A stretch of 64,000 bases of DNA from Azolla caroliniana. Its lineage: Eukaryota; Plantae; Polypodiophyta. Under the pieces are notes generated by a model. It was not told the origin of the DNA. It saw nothing but the letters and a program-made list of their open reading frames with translations, and did no database searches. Position 1 is the stretch's first letter; each line of letters opens with the position of its first letter. A program made the position numbers and the translations under genes. Positions 49,401 to 61,963 of this stretch are shown piece by piece. The DNA lies in the NCBI GenBank assembly GCA_043228905.1, contig JBHGNT010000131.1, forward strand, positions 1 to 64,000, in the 5' to 3' direction.

Positions 49401-51891
49401 ATCATCCAAGTAAACTATGATGAAGATATCGAGGAAGTCTCGAAAAATGTCATTCGCCATATGTTGGAAACTGCTGGTGCATTCGTGAGACCAAATGGCA
49501 TCACTGTATATTCAAAATGACCATAGCGAGTGCGGAATGCGGTCTTCCATTCATCCCCAGGACGAATGCGAACAAGGTTGTAGGCACCTCGAAGATCTAA
49601 CTTCGTGAAAAACTTTGCTCCACTGAGGCGTTCTAGAAGGCTTGAGATCAATGGTAGATCATATCGGTTTCTAATAGTTACTTTATTCAAGCCCCGATAA
49701 TCCACGACCATACGAAGCGTACCATCTTTCTTCTTAACGAAAAAGATGGGTGCACCAGCAGGAGATCTTGAATGTTGGATAAAACCATTTGCCAGGTTCT
49801 CATCTATATATTCTTGAAGAACCTCTAACTCTGTGGGCGAAAGGTTATAAATTGGTCCCCATGGAGGCTCTTTTCCTGGCTGCAAATCAATTGGGCAATC
49901 ATAGGGTCAATGCTCTGGTAATCTATTAGCCTTCACCTTATCGAACACATCGGAGAATTCTATGTACTTCTTTGGTAATTGGACCCCCCAATTCTTGTGA
50001 GGTAGATGAGGGAGTTGCTAAAACCGCAAACACCATCATGTCTTCCTTCCTTCCATCCTCTCGTAACTGATGTATAGAGATTGTTGAAATCATGTGGGAT
50101 CCTAGATCCTTTGTTGGAGTTTCAAGAGACTCGGACTGTACTATGACCTCTTCAATAGTTCTTTTTCTCCAATCAATAGTTGGGTTATGTAACTCAAACC
50201 AAGGAAGACCAAGAACTAGAGAGTGCTCTGGACTACTAATGATGTTGAATGAGATGATACTAGCCAAATTACCTAGGACTACACGAATTGATTCAGACTC
50301 TTCGACTATATCACCTGATGCTATAGGGCGATCATCAATGACTCCTACAGCTACTGGGTTCGAGAGCTTGTTCAAGATGATGTTTTGGGTCAATGCAAAC
50401 TCGCGATCCATGAAACAAGAATTGGCTCCAGAATCTAGGAGGGTAGAGGCTAGGACTCGATGACTTGTAGATGTGCTAAGCTTGACTTGTGCAGAAAAAA
50501 CTCTACTAACTTGATTTGATGAAATGGAACCACAACTAGGTACAAACTCTACATATCTAGGATGGTCCAACCAAATGGCTCCTATTTTGGCCGGACTTAT
50601 TCGTTTAACACATCCTCTAATTGGCTCAAGACATCAAATCTATTCTCATGGCATGGGTTATTAGGCTTAGTAGTTAAGTTATTAGAAGTGATAGTAGAAC
50701 TCATGGTAGGGTTGTCATGTGCACTTGGTAAACTTGTCGTCTGGGTTTATGTGGACAATTCACATCAATATGTCCTGGACCACCACGGTAGAGGCATAGG
50801 CGATGCGCCCGACGTCGTTGTTTCTCAGCATCTGATAAAGGCCCTCGACGTTGTGTTGACTCTATTTCCATCGGAGTGGGACCATCCCTCGTAACGGGTC
50901 TGGGAACGTGTGGCGGTGTTGCGACTATTGAAGCATACGTCTGTTCTGGTTGACGGCGTAACATTTGTTGACGTTCAGAACGTCGCTCATATAGGCGATT
51001 ATCACATCGCATAGCTCGACTAATGGCCTCTGTAAGAGACTTTGGATCTTCGTGGAAAGTAAGAAGAAGATCTTTGACATCGTTATGCAAACCCTGACAA
51101 AATTGATCCATTAAGGCTGCCTCATCCCAAGGGATGTCACATGCCAAGAGATGGAAATCTGCTGCGTAGGCTGAAGCGGGACGATCTCCTTGTCGGAGTC
51201 TTCAAATCTTGTTTATTGCCGTTCTAGTGCTATCAGTGTCTCCAAAACTAGCTTGAAATTCTTTAACGAATGCCTCGAAATCCTCCAACAATGGTGATTT
51301 CTTCTCTAGAAGTGGTGCAAACCATGCTAATGCGGTACCGCTTAGCAAGGTTCCTATTAATCCCACACAAGCAGCATCAGTTGGGTACCGATTGGGATGT
51401 AACTGAATCACCAAACGGACTTGATTCAGGAACCTACTCATTGTAATCTTGTTTCATCATAATATAATCTCATTTCTATTTTAAGTCTTATCTCTCTCAC
51501 GCACACACACACACCCTCTCTCTTTCGCTCTCACTCTCGCTCTCACTCTATCTTCTACCCACGAGTCTCAACAGTTTGAACTGAATGAGTTGAAACAAAT
51601 GTATAGACAGTTATTTATAGGTCCTTGTGGAGTAATCTAGAATGTTCTAGAATATTTTAGATTTTATGATAAGAAATATAATCATGAAATATTAAAGGAT
51701 GTTCTAGAATAATCTAGAATATTCTAGAATAATCTAGAATGTTCTAGAATATTCTAATATCTTGTAATAACTAGAAACATAATTATTACAATCACACATC
51801 ATATATGTTATTACAATGGTTAAGGGTTTAACACATAGACCAAGAAGCCGTGGGTTCGATTCTTGATAACCAAAATGTTGTCTTCATGACA
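46480..51891 (-). mobile_element. Ty3/gypsy chromovirus (Tcn1/Tf1-sushi-like), decayed, with rearranged 5' LTR
   Basis: TSD ATAGT (46475-46479, 51892-51896); 3' LTR 46480-46972; PPT (rc GAAAGGGGGAGATAA) 46973-46987; gag (PTPME, CLYRGGPGH), [17 protein letters not shown], RNase H, IN HD..GH, chromodomain EYEVAAILD..YLVDWLGY. Confidence 0.95.
47050..50610 (-). pseudogene. pol: Chromovirus pol (PR-RT-RH-IN-chromodomain) with frameshifts and stops
   Basis: ORF pieces 49938-50570, 49415-49885, 47106-49460; premature stop inside the chromodomain. Confidence 0.9.
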
Positions 51892-52129
51892 ATAGTAAGG
51901 TTCAATCCTTTGACCTTTTATTTATAAGGAATTATCTTTGGAAAATGAAAAAGTATTTTTGCTACCAATAAAGTTGACTTCACAATACTAGTTTATTTGA
52001 ACTACTATTTTACTTCTTTTCGAGGATGGTTTCACACTATGTGTTAGAAACATCATGACAGCGGCAACAAACAACACAAAAAAAGCTGCAAGGAAAAAGA
52101 CTAGGTTAGCAAATCTCACTTTCAAAAGA

Positions 52130-52760
52130 ATCATGGCATCAACATCCGGTACAGAAGTTGAGATCCAAAAATTCAACAGCAAAAACTTTGCCCTATGGAA
52201 GGAGATGTAGCACGTATTGATTATTCGAAGATAGGTCGAGGCCATTCGACACTCCAAAAAGCCTGCTTCAATGTCGGCTGATGAGTGGAGATGAATGGAC
52301 GAAATCGCACGCTCCACAATTCGAATGCACCTATCCGAAAACGTCTACTTTAGCTTGGCAAAAGAGACGACAACGTTCTTATTATGGGAGAAGCTACAAG
52401 CCGTGTACGAGAAAAATTCCTCATCTTCAAAACTGATCTTGATCAAAGGACTGTTCAACATGAAGATGAGAGAGACTGGTTCGGACACCTCTCACATCAA
52501 CACCTTCAGTCGGGTGTTGTCAGAACTCTCCTCGCAATGGATCAACTTCGAAGAAGAAGTGAAAGCCCTTGCCCTCCTATTGAGCTTGTCGGTGAGTTGG
52601 GAGGTATTTTGCACAACATACACCAATAACCGACCGATCCTAAATCTGGATGAGACGATCAGCCAAGTCCTCATCGAGGACATTCGGCAAAAATTGATGG
52701 GACTTACCGTTGATGAATTGGCAGAAGCTGACAAAACTGGTTGGAATACCATCCGATAAA
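52130..52760 (+). mobile_element. Copia gag remnant (older element disrupted by the copia at 52765)
   Basis: KFNSKNFALWK, ARSTIRMHLSENV, LWEKLQAVY..LFNMKM (UBN2-like gag) with stops. Confidence 0.8.
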
Positions 52761-52764
52761 AAAC

Positions 52765-55700
52765 TATCAAGAATCGTGACCGGCCACAACCGGCTTATCG
52801 TTCAGATGTTCGGGTGTAGGGAACGTAAAGTAGAATGCACTTAGACAGAGTACGAAAACAAAAATAACACAAGAGATAGAAACACACGATCTTATCGTGG
52901 AAACCCGAAATGGGAAAACCACGGGGGTCCACAAACATTGAGAAACATAATCACTATGCTAAGAGGAGTAGAAGCTCCGAAGCAACGACCTCGAGATTCT
53001 ACTTCTCAACAGACGGCTACACAGTTACACACTCTCTCACTCTCACTCGCTTACAGTTACGCAATTATAGAGGCAACGACCTTTTAAGTAACTCTTTAAC
53101 AATAACTCATAATCACATTATGATTGCTCTAAGCACTTATACTAGTACACCTTTTGGGTTATTTACAAGTGTAGCCCACAAGGACATATTTAGACTATTT
53201 ACAAGTATAGTCTTCCGAGTTGGTTGTCTACACGATTTCGGATTCGGCCTCAGCCGAGTTTCTCATCAACTCGGCTATTATCTTCCCATCTAGAGGGACC
53301 CGTTTCCTAACAAACTCCCCCTTCACTCCGGCATGGGGTACTGCACCAATCTGATCTTCCGTCGGCACACGCTCAGCTTTTTAGCTGGTAACACTTTAGT
53401 CAACATATCTGATCCCTTTTCGGTCGTGTGGACCTTCACTAGAGCGAACTCCCTTTCTTCTACCCTCTCCTAGAGCCAATGATACCTCCGTTGGATGTGT
53501 TTTGTCCTCGAGTGGTAGGCAACATTTTTTGCAAGGTGGATGGCAATCTGATTATTGCAATAGAATTGGAATTCTTCCTGCCAAATTCCCAGCTCATTGA
53601 TAAACTCCTTCATCCATATGATTTCCTTGCCGGCTTTCACCGCGGCCATGTACTCGGCTTCCATGGTCGACAACACCATGACAACTCCCCCTGCATACGT
53701 CATTACGTATCCGGACGTGGATCGACTGGTATCTGCATCAACCGACATGTCTGAATCCGTGTAGCCTTCCAATGTGGGGTTACCTAAGCCAAAACGAAGA
53801 CACATGCTTGAGGTGCCTATTAGGTACCAAAATATCCATTTCACGGCAGCCCAATGCTCTTTCCCGGGATTGCTCATATATCAGTTGACCACTCTGACGG
53901 CGTATCCAATGTCCGTCCTGGTACACACCATTGCGTACATCAGGCTTCCAACCGCCAAGGCATAGGGGACTTTTGACATCTCGGCCTTTTCGGTTTTCGA
54001 TTTCGGACATTGATCTTTACTCAACTTGCAGTTCGTCGGCAGTGTTGAGCCGACTGGTTTCGCGCCTTCCATGCCAAATCTCTGGAGCACCTTTGTCACA
54101 TATTTCTCCTGTGACTGCCATAACAATTTCTTTGTTCTGTCCCGAACAATGTGCATAGCTAGGATTTGCTTTGCCGGACCCATATCCTTCATCGAGAATG
54201 ACCTATTGAAGGCTTTCTTCAGTGCTCGGATCTTCATATGGTCATGTCTGACAATTAGCATGTCGTCCACGTACAACAAAAGGATGAGGAAATCTCCTCC
54301 ATCGAACTTCTTCAAAAATACGCAATGATCGGCCTGTGTTTTGTGGTACCCGTTTTTGGTGTTGAAGGAATCGAATTTTCGGTACCCTTGCCGTGGATCC
54401 TGCTTCAACTTGTACAGGCTCTTCCTCAACCGGCATACTAGGTTTTCTTTACCTTTCATTATGAATCCTTCAGGTTGCTGCATATATATCTCCTCTTCAA
54501 GATCTCCATGCAGAAACGCCATCTTGACATCCAATTGTTCGACTTCGAGATCCATGTTGGCAGGAATGCTCAACACGGTTCGGATGGATGTCATTTTCAT
54601 TACCGGGGAAAATATTTCGTTGAAATCCACACCCTTCTTCTGTTGAAACCCTTTTACGACAATTCATGCTTTGTATCTGGGTGGATTTCGGCTATCTCCT
54701 GGTTCCAACTTGTATACCCACTTATTTCAGAGTGCATTCTTCCCCTTCGGCAAATTGGTTAGTTCATATGTGTGGTTTTCATGCAAGGAATCCATCTCCT
54801 CTTGCATGGCACGTAACCACTCTCGGCTGTGGGTATCTTTCTTAGCTTCTTCGTAGCTTTCAGGCTCCCCCTCATCGGTTATCAGTACGCGTTCTTCATC
54901 CGGAAATCTTCGGGGGGCTCTTCGCTCTCTAAGGGGGTATCTTTGGCCTGTGTTTGGTATGGTTAGTTCGTCTTCAACCTCTTTGTCTGAGTCGATTTTG
55001 GTTCCTCGTTCGGCCGACTCCCCTTGCTCATTAGTCATTTCTCGATTTTGCTGAGTATTAGATAGATCGATTGGTATGGTGTCGTGAAGATCTATCACTA
55101 GGCGCGGATTGTGAGGCAGAACTGCCGGGGGACCGGAAGGATTCGAAGTTTATGCTAGTTTTAGCGAGAAAGTATTTAAGATAGATTGAGAGAGATTGAT
55201 ATGGCAAGAAAGAGATACTTAAATAAAGATTTAACTCTTGATTTTAGATTTGAGAGGGAAGATACATCAACAATAGGGTTAGAAGTCTCTTATTTGATCA
55301 TCCAAAAATTTTACATTAATTCTTTCATCTTTTTCCTCCCCTCTTTTATAGATGCCCTCATGCATTTGAGGGTACAAGACATGCATAAAATGCATGTTTG
55401 CCATTTGGCGCTCATGTATAACATGTGGTGCATGTTAACCATGTCACTCATTTTAGCTCTCATGTATGAGAATTTACATGTAAAGTTACAATGATAAAAA
55501 TATAATTCCAAGAAAATGTGTTCTGTCGCCGGTTCGGTTTTGGTTGGCCAAAACCTTTGCAAGTAGCTAGGCCACACCCATTCATCCAATAGCTTAGTTC
55601 AAGTCACCTTGAACTCTCTATGCTGCACACATAAACACAATGATAATAGCTTTTGCTCTTTCTTATATATGGTGAGATCCTTATTTATCCTGTCTATGTG

Positions 55701-58700
55701 GGATATCTCACAATTTTATTTTTCTCTTTGTTTGCAAACTTTCTACCCACATAAGTTGACACTTAGATGTCCGTTTCTTATGTAGTAAAGTGTATCCGAA
55801 AGCTCTTTAAGACCTCCATCTTTTTGTACTAAGATATTAAACTTACTTAAAATTAGTATCTTCACTATTATTGTTTTATATGAATCACACTCGATTTCGT
55901 ACGTTTTATGTGATTTTCACACCATTGCCGAAAATCTTCACGACAACGGGTTTGATTTCGATCGAATCGTCATCTACACGATCCAACCGAGCATCGACTC
56001 GGCTCGATTCGGTGGTTGGAGAATTTTTCTCATTCTCCCAATCAATCATTGTATTCTCTTCCATGAAGACAATGTCTCGGCTCCTAATCATCTTCTTCTC
56101 GGCTAAGTCCCATAGCCGATAACCGAACTCATCATCGCCGTAACCGAGAAATATGCACGGCCGAGATTTCGAGTCTAATTTCCCCCTCTGGTCCTTTGCT
56201 AGATGCACAAAAGCAAGACAACAGAACACCCTCAAATGTCGGTACGACATGTCTTTGCTGCTCCACACTCGTTGTGGAATATCACCATCCAGGGTACTGA
56301 GGGTGATCGGTTTATCACATATGCTGTTGTTATTAGCGCCTCAACCCAAAACGTTTTCGGTAATTTTGCATGTGCAAGCATGCTTCAAACTCTCTCCATT
56401 ATGGTCCCATTCATTCTCTTGGCCAACCCATTCAGCTCTGGCATTTTTGGCACGGTATACTCAAGTTGGATTCATTCTTTTCGGCAATATTCTTCGAACG
56501 GTTCACGGTACTCTCCGCCATTGTCCGCTCGGACTGCCTTCAACTTACGACCGGTTTCTCTCTTGACCCTCACTTGGAACTCTTTGAAGACGGATAGCAC
56601 TTGATCCTTCGTCTTTAGCATGAAAGCCCACAACTTCCGACTATAATCGTCTATAAAGGTCACGAAATATTGTGAACCACTATGCGACTTCGTCTCCACG
56701 TAGCATACATCCATATGCACGAGTTCCAGGGGTATCTTCTTCCTCATTGGGGGCCTTGTTTGGAAGGATGTTCGATTTTTCTTACCGGCCAAGCAATCCG
56801 TGCATTTCTCAAGTTGCACATTCTTCACCTTCGGAATGAGGTTCTCCTCAGCAAGCTTCTGCATCCCCTTTTGGCTCATGTGGCACAACCTCATGTGCCA
56901 TAGTTCATCGATTGTTTTGGCTGCCACATTCACTTCCCCACGACATAATCGAGCATTCATTACGTACAGTGTGTTGGTTTTCCGTGCTTGAGCCACGATT
57001 AGGCTCCCCTTGCAGAACCTCATGACACCATTCCGGATGCTACTCGTGTAGCTTTCATCATCCAGCCGACCGGCTGATATCAGGTTCAATCGAACCTCCG
57101 GAATGTGTTGAACATCTCTCAGCACAAGTCTGCAGCCAGTTGAGGTCACCAAACACATGTTTCCAATGCCGACAATTCGACATGCTTCTTCATTTCCCAT
57201 CTTTACGGATCCGAGATCATTGGCCCTGTACGATGAGAAGCATTTCCGGTCAGGGGTTAGGTGAAATGACGCACCCGAATCGACCACCCATGTTGATTCA
57301 TCGCCGACAAGGCTCACTTCGTTCTGCTCGCTAATGAGTAGCAACTCCTCCTCACTTGTCGCGATCGCCAAGGTGTTCCTGCTTTTCGATTTTTTTTCGG
57401 TTGCACACCATCGGCTCCCCCTTTTCCTTTCAGAAATGTCGGCAATTCTTTTGAAAGTGCACCGGCTTCCCGCAATAGAAGCACGTGGGCCTTCTTCTCA
57501 ACTTTGACCTCGTCCTCGATTTGTCCCTGTTTTGGGGACTCCGATACCGGCCTCTTCCCCGGTTGTGGTCATCTTCCGTAACCAAGGCCTTCGGATCGGT
57601 TCCGGACTCTCGGTCCTTTCAGTGAGCTTCTTCACCTAGCAGGCTTGATTTTACCCTTGCTGGGGACAACTACGTTTCTTCCGGCCCGGCGTTGCCCAAC
57701 GTGACAACTAACGTCTCCCAACAATCCGGGAGGGAACCAAGTAGGAGCAATGCGAGTACCTAATCCACAAGAGGTACTTCCAACGAGATGGCTTGGTGTA
57801 TCAATCCCAGGAAGGCATTCATGTGCTCCGCCATACTGGAGCCGTCCTGGTACCGGAGCCTCACTAGCTTCCGGAATACCGAAACTTGATTAACAACATT
57901 CTTGTTTTGTAACATGATGCCAATCTTCTCCCAGAGTTCATGAGCCTTGTTGTCTTCATTGAAATTGTTGTACAGGCTCATGTCAATGAAGCACTGGATA
58001 TATGTCGTCGTCTTCATGTGCATCACATCCCACATTGTGGCGTCAATCTTATTCGGTCTCTTGTCCTTGAACTAAACCGGCAACGAAAGATCTTTAACCA
58101 CTAGCATATCCCTCATCTTTGACTTCCACACTGAGTAGTTGGATCCGGTGAGCTTGAACATGCCGCCGAACGATTCTTCCATTTCATGTGTTGTTCGCTC
58201 TGATACCACTTTGTCGAGAATCGTGACCGGCCACAACCGGTTTATCATTCAGATGTTCGGGTGTAGGGAACATAAAGTAGAATGCACTCAGGCAGAGTAC
58301 GAAAACAGAAATAACACAAGAGATAGAAACACACGATCTTATCGTGAAAACCCGAAATGGGAAAACCACGGGGGTCCACAAACATTGAGAAACAGAATCA
58401 CTATGCTAAGAGGAGGAGTACAAATAGAAGCTCTAAGGCAACGACGTCGAGATTTTACTTCGTCAACAGACGACTACATAATTACACACTCTCTCACTCT
58501 CACTCGCTTATCGTTACACAGTTATAGAGGCAACAACCTTCTAAGTAGCTTTTTAACATTAACTCATAATCACATTATGATTTCCCTAAGTACTTATACT
58601 AGTACACCTTTTGGGTTATTTACAAGTGTAGCCCATAAGGACATATTTAGACTATTTAGAAGTATAGTCTTCTGAGTTGGCTGTCTACACGATTTCGGAT

Positions 58701-58766
58701 TCGGCCTCGACCGAGTTTCTCATCAACTCGGCTATTATCTTCCCATCCAGAGGGACCCGTTTCTTA
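52765..58766 (-). mobile_element. Decayed full-length copia related to the intact element
   Basis: LTRs 52765-53312 and 58212-~58766; PBS rc GCTCTGATACCA 58197-58208; PPT rc 53313-53323; disrupted gag/PR/IN/RT/RH pieces closely similar to the 9562-13635 protein. Confidence 0.93.
55080..55945. mobile_element. 866-bp solo LTR (or TG..CA element) nested in the copia
   Basis: Perfect 11-bp terminal IR TGTCGTGAAGA..TCTTCACGACA; 4-bp flanks ATGG/ACGG; removing it restores the in-frame copia peptide EIKPVPID. Confidence 0.8.
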
Positions 58767-61329
58767 TCTTCCCATCTTCCCATTTAGGGTTTCCACATAA
58801 ACATCGTGTGTCATCTAGTTGTTAGTTTGTTTTTTCCTTCCATTCGTTGTTTAAGACTCAATTGTGGCCAAGCGCTAATTTTCTGCACAAACTGGTATCA
58901 AAGCTAACAAGGGAATGGAAGAATCATTCGGTGGCATGTTCAAGCTCACTGGCTCCAACTACCCAGTTTGGAAGTCGAAGATGAGGGACATGCTCGTGGT
59001 AAAAGATCTCTGGCTGCCGGTACAGTTCGGGGACAAGAAACCCGACAAGATCGATGCCACGACATGGGAGGTGATGCACATGAAGACAACGACGTATATT
59101 CGGTCCTTCATCAACATGAGCTTGTATAACAACTTTAATTAAGAAAGTAAAGCTCATGTGTTCTGGGAGAAAATCGGCACTATGCTGGAGAGTAAAAACA
59201 TCGTAAATCGGGTTTTGGTATTCTGGAAGCTAGTGAGACTCCGGTACCAGGACGGATCTAGCATGGCAGAGCACATGAATGCATTTCAAGGGCTGATAAA
59301 TCAAACAACTTTGTTTGAAGTACCTATGGCCAATGAGGTACTTGCATTGCTCTTGCTCGGTTCCCTCCCAGATAGTTAGGAGACGCTAGTTGTCACTTTG
59401 GGGAATGCCAAGTCGGAAGGAAAGCAGTTGTCCCTAGCAAGGGTAAAATCAAGCTTGCTAGATGAAGAACCTTGCCGGAAGGACTGGGAATCTGGAACGG
59501 ATCTGAAGGCCTTGGTCATGGAAGATGACCAAAACCGGGGAAGAGGCTGGTATCAAAGTCCCCAAAACTGGGACAAATCGGGGACGAGGTCGAAGTCAAG
59601 GGGAAGGCCCACTTGCTTTTACTGTGGGAAGCCGGGGCAATTCCATAAGAACTGTCAACATTTCCAGAAAGAGAAAGGGGCCAACACCACCGATCTGAAG
59701 AAGAGTTCGGACCGGAGAGGTCCGGATCGGAAAGGAACGTCGGCGATCACGACAAGTGAAGAAGAACTGATGCTCATTGCTGAGGAGAATGAGTTAAACC
59801 TTGTTGGCGACGAGACAACGTGGGTTGTCAATTCCGGAGCATCATTCCATCTAACATCGGACGGAAATGCTTCTCATCCTACACAGCCGGAGATCACGGT
59901 TGTGTCCGGATGCAGAATGAAGGGACCTGCCGAATCATCGGCATACGAGATGTGTTGTTGATGATATCAACCGGATGCAAATTGCGACACATTCCGTAGG
60001 TTCAGTTGAACCTGATATCAGCCGGTCGGCTAGATGATGAAGGCTACATGGGTAGCATCTTGAACGGAATCATGAAATTCAGAAAAGGAAGCCTGATTGT
60101 GGCTCGAGCCTGGATGATTAACACGATGTATCTGATGCATGTCCGGATATGCCGGGAAGAAGTGAATGTAGCATCTGACACTACCAGTGAGCTGTGGCAC
60201 AAGAGACTGTGTCATATGACCCAGAAGGGGATGAGAAGACCTGCCAAAGACAACCGCATTCCGAAGGTGAAAGACATGGATCTTGAGGAGTGCACCGATT
60301 TCTTGGCCGGAAAGCATAACTGAATCTCCTTCCGCTCAAGACCACCGATGAGACGGAATGCACCACTGGAGTTGGATACCCTCTCAGAGAGAGAAGAGCC
60401 CTCCGGAGATTTCCGGATGCAAAGCACGTATTGTTGACCAATGAGGGGGAGCCGGAAAGCTTCGAGGAACCTAAGAAAGACACCCACAACCACAAGTGGT
60501 TGAGTACCATGCAGGACGAGATGGATTTCCTACATGAGAACCACACATACGAACTGACGGAGTTGCTGAAAGGAAAGAGGGCACTCCTGAACAAGTGGGT
60601 GTACAAGCTGAAATCGGGAGACGCTGGAAATCCACCAAGGTACAAAGCCTGGATCATGGTGAAGGGGTTCCAGCAGAAGAAAGGAGTTGATTTCAACGAG
60701 ATCTTCACCTCGGTAGTAAAGATGACATCCATCCGGACGGTATTGAGCAGAGTGGCAAGCATGGACCTCGAGGTAGAGCAACTGGACGTTAAGACGACAT
60801 TCCTACATGGCGACCTCGAAGAAGAGATCTACATGCATCAACCAGAAGGATTTGAGAGGAAAGGGAAGGAGCACCTGGTATGCCGGCTAAAGAAGAGCCT
60901 ATACGGATTGAAGCAAGCCCCCCAGCAATGGTACTGGAAGTTCAACTCCTTCATGACCAACCCAAGGTACCACAAGACACAAGCGGACCACTGCGTGTTT
61001 GTGAAGAAATTTGACAGAGGCGACTTCTTGATACTCCTGATTTATGTGGACGACATGTTGATTGTCGGAAGAGACCAAAACAAGATCCGAATACTGAAGA
61101 AGGCTCTGAACCGAACCTTCTCAATGAAAGACTTGGGTTTGGCAAAACAGATATTAGGGATGCACATCATCTAGGACTTGCCGAAGAAGTTGTTGTGGTT
61201 GTCACAAGAGAAGTACGTGACAAAGGTGCTTCAATGGTTCAACATGTCGGAGAAGACGGATATGATGAAGATACCATATGCCTCCGTCGTCGGGAGCTTG
61301 ATGTGCGCAATGGTGTGTACCTGGCCGGA
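58767..61329 (+). mobile_element. Decayed copia: partial 5' LTR, internal integrase deletion, interrupted by a chromovirus
   Basis: U5 end ..GCACA 58889; PBS TGGTATCAAAGC 58893-58904; gag/PR/RT pieces; integrase core missing at ~60375; broken at CTWPD by TG at 61330. Confidence 0.9.
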
Positions 61330-61479
61330 TGTCATGAAGACATACATCTTGGCTTATCATGACATTCATCTTGGCGAACCAGGAATCGAACCCATAACCT
61401 CTTGGTTTACATATTGTACTTTAACCATTGTAATAACATATGTGAGATGTAATCATAATAATTATATGTTTAGTTATTA

Positions 61480-61595
61480 CGAGATATTTAGAACATTCTA
61501 GATTATTCTAGAATGTTCTTGAATATTTCATGATTATATTTATTATTATTATTATTCATAAATATCTAAAATATTCTAGAACATTCTAGAATACT
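61480..61595 (+). promoter_or_regulatory. Heat-shock-element-like nGAAn arrays upstream of the LTR TATA box (61607)
   Basis: TTCTAGAACATTCTAGAA and TTCTAGAATGTTCTTGAA; same arrays at 46700-46840, 51630-51760 and 21340-21410. Confidence 0.65.
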
Positions 61596-61963
61596 CCATA
61601 AGGGCCTATAAATAAGAGTCCATACACTCATCACAACTCATTCGGTTCAACACCAGTCTTTAGCCCTTAGCCTACTCCTTGTAATCTTCTTTCTCATAAT
61701 ATAATCGCATTCCCATTTCTTATCTCTCACTTATACTTTTCTCTCTCTCGCACTCTCTCCCTCTTTCACTCTCTTTCTATCACTATCGCTATCTCTACCG
61801 CTCTCGCCATCTCTATCGTTATCGTTATCTCTATCGCCATCGCTCTCTCTCTCTGCTTCCTACTCAAGAGTCACGACAGTTTGAACCGAATATTTCTTTT
61901 CCCTTTCTCCAATAACTCTAGCAAGCTTTCTTCTTTATCCTTCTTTCTTTTTCCCCCGCGGTT

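Noticed and set aside
51809-51872. Functional tRNA gene
   Set aside because: There are no consistent acceptor or anticodon stems; only A/B boxes remain and they lie within LTRs.
58139-58675. 178-aa ORF (and the similar 127-aa ORF at 52910)
   Set aside because: Antisense read-through of copia LTRs, not conserved in frame between the two LTRs.
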